From: Clostridiales bacterium
GTDB taxonomy: Bacteria; Bacillota; Clostridia; Caldicoprobacterales; UBA3941
Assembly: GCA_012735575.1 (NCBI GenBank)
Contig: JAAYGY010000023.1
Span: forward strand, 10,374-74,373
DNA: 64,000 bases
Reading direction: 5' to 3'
Below the pieces are notes generated by a model. The model was not told where the DNA came from and made no database searches. It saw only the letters and a list, made by a program, of their open reading frames with translations. Shown here piece after piece: positions 58,009 to 64,000 of this stretch (positions are counted from its first letter, which is position 1; the number at the start of each line of letters is the position of its first letter). Position numbers and translations under genes: made by a program.

Positions 58009-58037
58009 ATTATATAATATTATTCGTGAGTAGTCAA
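58009..58037 (-). promoter_or_regulatory. SigA promoter of recA
   Basis: TTGACT-N17-TATAAT. Confidence 0.82.
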
Positions 58038-58056
58038 TCCCTTCTATCCTTTGATC

Positions 58057-59304
58057 TTAGTCTATTTTCTTGTTTAATAATGCACGTCTTATGGAATCCA
58101 GGGCAATAGAGGCTGATGATTGCTGGACTCTTTTTCTGTCTCCTAATAAATTATATCTGTTGACAGTTAGAAATCCTTTATTATCTGCAACTGCTATATA
58201 TACTAGACCGACTGGTTTATCCTTCGTTCCTCCACCAGGTCCCGCGATACCAGTTACTGCTATTCCTATATCAGCCCCTGAAGTTTTTATTATTCCCTTA
58301 ACCATTTCTTCAGCTGTTTCTCTGCTCACAGCCCCATACTTAGCAATAGCATCTTTGGAAACTTTCAATATTTCTATCTTTGATTGATTACTATAGGAAA
58401 CAATTCCCTGAAGAAAAACCTTAGATGCCCCTGGAATACTAGTTATTCTTTCCGCAATCAATCCGCCTGTGCATGATTCAGCAGTAGCTATTGTTTTACC
58501 TGATTCTATTAGTAAATTCACAACTACACTCTCTAAAGTATCATCATCTACTCCATATACTACATCGCCCAATCTTTCCCTTATTTTTCTTTCTATAGGC
58601 TGAATTAATTTAAAAGGGTCTTCATTTCTTGATGTTTTAGCGGTAAGCCTAATAGATAATTCCGATACGCCTGCTAAAGGAGCTATAGTAGGATTGCTTT
58701 GGTCAATGAGCAAGTCCTTAATTTTTTCTTCCATATCAGATTCACCTATGCCATATATCTTGAGCACCCTTGATACAATTTTTTCACTACTTCTATTTTC
58801 CAGATAAGGGATCACATGCTCTTCGAACATGGGTTGAAGTTCTCTTGGAGGACCAGGAAGTATTATGAAAATTTTATTATTATATTCTAATATAGCGCCT
58901 GGTGCAGTACCATGATTATTTGAAAGAATAATTGATCCTTTTGGGAAATACGCTTGTTTATAGTTGTTTTGGCTAATAGTTCTTCCTCTCTTAGCAAAAT
59001 AATTCTCTATTCTGTCGACACTGGGTTGATGTAATTCTAGAGGAATTCCTAAAAATTCGGCAATTGTTTCTTTAGTTATATCGTCCATAGTAGGGCCTAA
59101 TCCCCCTGTGGTAATTATTATATCTACTCTATCCACAGCAATTTCTAAGGCTTTTTTAAGACGTTTACTATTATCTCCAACTACTGTATGATAAAAGACG
59201 TTAATACCTAACTGGGAAAGCTTTTGTGATATATATTGGGCATCTGTATTGGATATTTGGCCTAACAAGAGTTCGCTTCCTACACCAATTATTTCAGCAT
59301 CCAC
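58057..59304 (-). CDS. cinA: competence/damage-inducible protein CinA
   Basis: VGSELLLG, TGGLGPT.DD, GTAPG, LPGPP.E and AESCTGG...GTGIAGPGG motifs. Confidence 0.95.
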   Translation of the reverse strand: MDAEIIGVGSELLLGQISNTDAQYISQKLSQLGINVFYHTVVGDNSKRLKKALEIAVDRVDIIITTGGLGPTMDDITKETIAEFLGIPLELHQPSVDRIENYFAKRGRTISQNNYKQAYFPKGSIILSNNHGTAPGAILEYNNKIFIILPGPPRELQPMFEEHVIPYLENRSSEKIVSRVLKIYGIGESDMEEKIKDLLIDQSNPTIAPLAGVSELSIRLTAKTSRNEDPFKLIQPIERKIRERLGDVVYGVDDDTLESVVVNLLIESGKTIATAESCTGGLIAERITSIPGASKVFLQGIVSYSNQSKIEILKVSKDAIAKYGAVSRETAEEMVKGIIKTSGADIGIAVTGIAGPGGGTKDKPVGLVYIAVADNKGFLTVNRYNLLGDRKRVQQSSASIALDSIRRALLNKKID

Positions 59305-59372
59305 TATAATTAACCTCCTTACAAGTTAAGTATTGATTATGTTAATCTCCTGTATAATGATGTTGGTTATAT

Positions 59373-59915
59373 TTATACAGTTTCTCTTAACACATTTCGG
59401 TTCTTATATATGTAATCTATACCAGATAATATGGTTACTATAGTTGCTAAATATATAGAAATAGTATCAAAAGGAAAGTCTATCAGCTCAAAAGGAAAGT
59501 TGTTAAGGAGTATAGAAACTATTGATACAATTTGTATTATAGTTTTAACTTTGCCCAACCAACTGGCAGCAATGACAATTCCTTTGGATGCAGCTATAAC
59601 TCGGAAACCGGTGACAATAAACTCGCGACTAATTATTATTATTGCTACTACAGAAGAAATCCGTCCCATTTCTACTAATATTACCAGAGCAGAGGTAATT
59701 AACAGTTTATCTGCCAATGGATCCAAAAATTTGCCTAAATTGGTAATCTCATTTCTTTTTCGAGCTATATAGCCGTCCATACTATCGGTACTAGCAGCTA
59801 AAAGAAAAATAAAAGCTGCTACATAATTACTGTAAGGAAAATTGCTTAACAAGCAAAGGATAAATAATGGAATTATAAATATCCTAGTAAAAGTAATTCT
59901 ATTTGCTAAATTCAT
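59373..59915 (-). CDS. pgsA: CDP-diacylglycerol--glycerol-3-phosphate 3-phosphatidyltransferase
   Basis: NLANRIT..R, TD..DGYIARK...T..GKFLDPLADK and GKVKT motifs. Confidence 0.95.
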   Translation of the reverse strand: MNLANRITFTRIFIIPLFILCLLSNFPYSNYVAAFIFLLAASTDSMDGYIARKRNEITNLGKFLDPLADKLLITSALVILVEMGRISSVVAIIIISREFIVTGFRVIAASKGIVIAASWLGKVKTIIQIVSIVSILLNNFPFELIDFPFDTISIYLATIVTILSGIDYIYKNRNVLRETV

Positions 59916-61248
59916 AGTGATCCCCCAATAAATCGTAATCATAAGCCTTTGTAATCTTTACCGGCACAAAATCTCCAGGTTTTAAAGCTTCATCGCTTAT
60001 CACATAGACATGACCATCAATTTCTGGAGCCTGTCCATAATGGCGGCCTAAATAAACACCTGGTGAATCTTCGCCTTCAATAAGTACATCTAAAATCTTG
60101 TTAACATATTTTCTATTAAATTTTTTTGATATTCTTCTTTGCAAAGCCATTAGGGAGTTCTTCCGATTTTCTTTAGTTGTATCATCAACTTGATCCGAGA
60201 AATCAGCTGATGGTGTTCCTTCTTCTCTGGAATAGGCAAATACTCCAGCATGATTAACAGGACAATTTTCTATAAATGCTTTCAACTCCTCAAATTCATT
60301 CCCACCCTCCCCAGGGAAACCTACAATAAAGGTAGTTCGTATAACAACATCAGGAACTTTTTTTCTAATTTTGTCTATCAGCTGTTTGGCTTGTAACATT
60401 GAAAAACGCCTGTTCATCCTTTGTATAATAGTGGGATTTACATGCTGCAGAGGGATATCTAAATACTTACAAATTTTATTCTCACTGGCTATTATGTCTA
60501 ATAACTCGTCGGTTATTCTATCTGGATAACAGTATAGCAGCCTAATCCATTTTAAGTTTTCTATTTTGCAAAGCTCTTTTAAGAGGCTGACAAGATTGCT
60601 ACCATCATATAAATCTAAACCATACCTGGTAATATCTTGGGCGATAACGATTAATTCTTTAACGCCTTTTTGGGTTAATGCTTTGGCTTCTTCTATAAGG
60701 CTGGGCATACTTCTACTACGATATTTTCCTCGAATATATGGAATTGCACAGTAAGAACAGTGGTTATCACACCCTTCTGCAATTTTTAAATAGGCAGTGC
60801 CCGGTAGCGTTGTAAGAATTCTATCAGGATTCTGTTCTAATATTTCCCAATAATATGGGGAAGCCTGTAGATATTCTTTTTCGTCCCTTTCCTTTATAAC
60901 CTCTAATATATCAGTATATCTAGAAGTTCCTACAACATTATCAATTTCAGGTATTTCCTCCAGTAGTTCATTACCATAACGCTGTGCTAGACAGCCTGTA
61001 ACAATTAGTTTTTGGCATTTCCCTTGTTTTTTGTAAACTGCTTGTTCTAAAATTGTATCTATGGCTTCTTCTTTTGCAGATTCTATAAACCCACATGTAT
61101 TAATAATAATAACATCAGCATCTTTAGAGCAGTTTACAATCTCATATCCTTCTCTACTAATAAGTCCCAGCATAACCTCTGAGTCTACTTGATTTTTTGA
61201 GCATCCTAAGGAGATCATGCCTACTTTTAGTTTATGATAGTTTTCCAT
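59899..61248 (-). CDS. rimO: ribosomal protein S12 methylthiotransferase
   Basis: SLGCSKN.VDSE, INTCGFI, radical SAM EGCDNHCSYC and TRAM domain with APEIDG. Confidence 0.95.
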   Translation of the reverse strand: MENYHKLKVGMISLGCSKNQVDSEVMLGLISREGYEIVNCSKDADVIIINTCGFIESAKEEAIDTILEQAVYKKQGKCQKLIVTGCLAQRYGNELLEEIPEIDNVVGTSRYTDILEVIKERDEKEYLQASPYYWEILEQNPDRILTTLPGTAYLKIAEGCDNHCSYCAIPYIRGKYRSRSMPSLIEEAKALTQKGVKELIVIAQDITRYGLDLYDGSNLVSLLKELCKIENLKWIRLLYCYPDRITDELLDIIASENKICKYLDIPLQHVNPTIIQRMNRRFSMLQAKQLIDKIRKKVPDVVIRTTFIVGFPGEGGNEFEELKAFIENCPVNHAGVFAYSREEGTPSADFSDQVDDTTKENRKNSLMALQRRISKKFNRKYVNKILDVLIEGEDSPGVYLGRHYGQAPEIDGHVYVISDEALKPGDFVPVKITKAYDYDLLGDHYEFSK

Positions 61249-61263
61249 ATCTAATCTTCTCCC

Positions 61264-63585
61264 TTATTCACTATATAGTTCTTCAAATTCTTCTTTGCTT
61301 ATAAGGACTTTTCTTGGTTTACTGCCCTCAAATCCACTGACAATACCTCTCGCTTCCATTTCATCAATCATACGTGCAGCCCTTGCATATCCCACGCGCA
61401 AACGTCTTTGTAACATGGAGATGGATGCTTGTCCTGCATCTATCACTATCTCTATAGCTTCTGGCAGAAGCTCATCACAATCGTCATCTATATGCTCCTC
61501 TTTATCTGCAGCAATCTCTTCAATCACATCCATATCATAGGATGGTGTCTGGTATGCAGCTTTTATATGATTAACTACATCATCTACTTCCTTCTCTGAT
61601 ACAAAACATCCTTGAACTCTTATAGGTTTGCTGGCACCTACCGGATAAAAGAGCATATCGCCTCTCCCCAGGAGTTTTTCAGCTCCTCCCATATCCAATA
61701 TAGTTCTAGAATCAGCATGAGATGATACAGCAAATGCAATTCTAGAAGGTATATTTGCTTTAATAAGCCCTGTAATAACATCCACCGATGGACGTTGGGT
61801 AGCAATTACTAGATGGATACCAGCAGCCCTAGCCATTTGTGCTAAACGGCAAATAGCGTCTTCTACATCTCCTGGAGCTACCATCATCAGATCTGCCAAT
61901 TCATCAACAATTACAATAATCTGAGGGAGTCTCTTTTCATCAGGCTCTTTTATCTTCTCATTGTAGCTATGTAAATCTTTAACACCTTTATTAGCAAACA
62001 ATTTGTATCTGTTACTCATTTCCTGTACTGCCCAATTTAAAGCTCCTGATGCTTTTTTGGGATCTGTCACTACCGGTATCAGCAGATGAGGAATTCCATT
62101 AAAATGGTTTAATTCTACTACTTTAGGATCAATTAGTATAAGCTTTACATCTTCTGGAGAAGCTTTATAAAGAATACTAACAATAAGACTATTAATACAA
62201 ACACTCTTGCCAGAACCAGTAGCACCAGCTATTAACAAGTGAGGCATCCTGGCAATGTCTGCTATAATAACTTTACCAGCAATATCCTTACCTAAAGCAA
62301 AACTTAATTTTGATGAATGCTTTTTGAAAGCGCTAGATTCTAAAACCTCTCGAATAAGAACTGGTGATATATTCTTATTAGGCACTTCTACTCCTATGGC
62401 AGCTTTTCCAGGTATGGGTGCCTCTATTCTTACACCAGAAGCCGCAAGATTTAAAGCAATATCATCAGCGAGATTTACTATTCGACTAACCTTTATCCCA
62501 GGTGCAGGTTGGAGCTCGTATCTGGTAATAGCTGGTCCTCTACTGACCTGGAGTACTTTAGCAGAAATTCCAAAGCTGGCCAAGGTGTCTTCTAATAGCT
62601 TAGCATTATTCCTCATTTTAGATCCACTTATTTTAGACTCTTTTGAATTATCAGGTTTATTTAATAATTCTATGGGTGGAAAGGAATAGAGCATGGAATC
62701 TGCGTCCTTCTGTGACGGCGGTATATGGATAATTTCATCCTTATCATCTTCAACTGAAATTGAAGATTTTTGACTTTTATTTCTTTCTTCTATTTTATCA
62801 TTTTGACTACTATATTCAATAATTTTAATCTGATTGTCTGTTTCTACTGGTTGATTTTTCTTGTCATGATTCTCAAATGCATCCTTTAGGTGCACAGGAT
62901 CTTCTTGTTCTTGACTAAACGTATCAAATTCAATTATTTCACCTTCGAAAGATTTATCATTTCCTCTTATTTTATCCCGGTTAACTATCTCCTTAGTCCT
63001 GTCTTTTATAACTATTTTTCCCTTTAACTTAGAGTATAAACTAGTGCCCAATTGCTTAAGAGAAAGATTTGTTAACAATAAAATATCTATAAGAAACAAA
63101 ACTATAAGGAATAAATAACCCCCTAAAAACCCAAATAATTTATAAATAACATAAACCAGTGGTGAAAACAATGCACCTGCTCCACAGATCTCAATACCTT
63201 TATTATATGAATCTACTATAAAAGGCCAAAGTCCAGTTTTGTCCAAATCATCTATATAAAAGAGATGAATCAACTGGAAAATAAGCACAACTGAGAACAT
63301 GGTCAATGCCAATTTAGCTTTGTTAATTTTTTTATAATACGTCATGATAGTTAATGCACCTACTAATACGATAAAAAGAGGCATTATATAAGCTATAATA
63401 CCAAATAAGCCCTTTAAGATCCTATCAAAATAAACACCAATTATACCTGCAGAGGATGTATATATACTTAGTAATGCAAAGAATCCCAAACCAATGACAA
63501 AAATGCCTATGAGCTCATATTTCAAATTATTCTTTCTTTTTCTTTTAGCTTTAGTTTTCTTTGAATTAGCCAATTTTTTGGCCAT
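61264..63585 (-). CDS. ftsK: DNA translocase FtsK/SpoIIIE
   Basis: N-terminal TMs, PHLLIAGATGSGKS, VDELADLM, ATQRPSVDVITG and gamma domain SMLQRRLRVGYARAAR. Confidence 0.96.
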   Translation of the reverse strand: MAKKLANSKKTKAKRKRKNNLKYELIGIFVIGLGFFALLSIYTSSAGIIGVYFDRILKGLFGIIAYIMPLFIVLVGALTIMTYYKKINKAKLALTMFSVVLIFQLIHLFYIDDLDKTGLWPFIVDSYNKGIEICGAGALFSPLVYVIYKLFGFLGGYLFLIVLFLIDILLLTNLSLKQLGTSLYSKLKGKIVIKDRTKEIVNRDKIRGNDKSFEGEIIEFDTFSQEQEDPVHLKDAFENHDKKNQPVETDNQIKIIEYSSQNDKIEERNKSQKSSISVEDDKDEIIHIPPSQKDADSMLYSFPPIELLNKPDNSKESKISGSKMRNNAKLLEDTLASFGISAKVLQVSRGPAITRYELQPAPGIKVSRIVNLADDIALNLAASGVRIEAPIPGKAAIGVEVPNKNISPVLIREVLESSAFKKHSSKLSFALGKDIAGKVIIADIARMPHLLIAGATGSGKSVCINSLIVSILYKASPEDVKLILIDPKVVELNHFNGIPHLLIPVVTDPKKASGALNWAVQEMSNRYKLFANKGVKDLHSYNEKIKEPDEKRLPQIIVIVDELADLMMVAPGDVEDAICRLAQMARAAGIHLVIATQRPSVDVITGLIKANIPSRIAFAVSSHADSRTILDMGGAEKLLGRGDMLFYPVGASKPIRVQGCFVSEKEVDDVVNHIKAAYQTPSYDMDVIEEIAADKEEHIDDDCDELLPEAIEIVIDAGQASISMLQRRLRVGYARAARMIDEMEARGIVSGFEGSKPRKVLISKEEFEELYSE

Positions 63586-63625
63586 GATACCACCTCAGTT
63601 ACTAGTCAATATTCTATCCCAGTGC

Positions 63626-63667
63626 AAAATTCAACAAGCACAGTGATTTCTGTGCTTGTTGAATTTT
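63626..63667. terminator. 18-bp perfect hairpin after uppP
   Basis: AAAATTCAACAAGCACAG-tgattt-CTGTGCTTGTTGAATTTT. Confidence 0.8.
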
Positions 63668-63671
63668 ATAG

Positions 63672-64000
63672 TTAATGAAGCACCAGGGAGTATAGAATAA
63701 TCAAAATACCAGCTCCCCAACAATAGTATGAAAAGTAATGTAATTTGCGCTTGTTTATTAAGTTTACTAGGAGTTTAATAGCAAAAAAGCCAGAAACAGC
63801 TGCTACAACAAATCCGATAAGAACAGGGAAGCCATCGGCTAATTCAAGTCCCTGTTCTAAAATCTTCTTTCCTTCTAATACAGCTGCACCTAAAATAGCA
63901 GGAATAGAGAGTAGGAATGAAAATTTTGTTGCAAGTTCCATATTAAATCCTCTCAGCATGCCCGCAAAAATAGTAGAACCTGAACGTGAGATTCCAGGAG
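63672..64000 (-). CDS. uppP: undecaprenyl-diphosphate phosphatase (3' part, runs off window end)
   Basis: Manual extension gives PGISRSGSTIFAG...FSFLLSIPAILGA, the BacA signature. Confidence 0.93.
   Translation of the reverse strand, partial: PGISRSGSTIFAGMLRGFNMELATKFSFLLSIPAILGAAVLEGKKILEQGLELADGFPVLIGFVVAAVSGFFAIKLLVNLINKRKLHYFSYYCWGAGILIILYSLVLH

Noticed and set aside
59320-59347. TTATGTTAA resembling the XerD arm of dif
   Set aside because: The position for the XerC arm (TACAAGTTAAG) does not resemble ACTTCCTATAA-like arms. A half-site in AT-rich DNA is expected by chance.

Overview
AT-rich core chromosome of a spore-forming Firmicute, most likely Clostridia. I count 71 protein genes, 70 of them on the minus strand. 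In + coordinate order: partial carB and a PyrR-attenuated pyr operon; rluD-lspA-yteA; the divIVA-ylmH-yggT-sepF-yggS-hlyD-like division cluster; a SigB-type partner-switching locus; six tRNAs on the + strand; cheR; an ispH-rpsA fusion; plsC; an aroH-cmk fusion; a HutP-like gene; a Na+-translocating biotin decarboxylase cluster; rluB, ytfJ/I, scpBA, dacF, xerD, spoIIM; a steA/steB-glycosyltransferase-DUF3866 cluster; spo0A, spoIVB, recN, argR, nadK, tlyA, dxs, ispA, xseBA, folD, a TsaD-like paralogue, nusB, the amaP/asp23 cluster, recA, cinA, pgsA, rimO, ftsK and partial uppP. I see no mobile element, prophage or CRISPR array. The most interesting observations are: (1) the SigB locus has an apparently kinase-dead RsbW plus a second, intact kinase gene behind a SigB-like promoter; (2) the XerD-like protein lacks two catalytic residues; (3) a candidate SigG-driven anti-SD small RNA lies upstream of cheR; (4) the only + strand gene is an RNase HII-like/Zn-finger orphan with a SigG-like promoter; (5) the aroH-cmk fusion; (6) the combined acyl-CoA/oxo-acid carboxyltransferase Na+ pump. 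All family assignments come from motif recognition by eye; no database searches were run.
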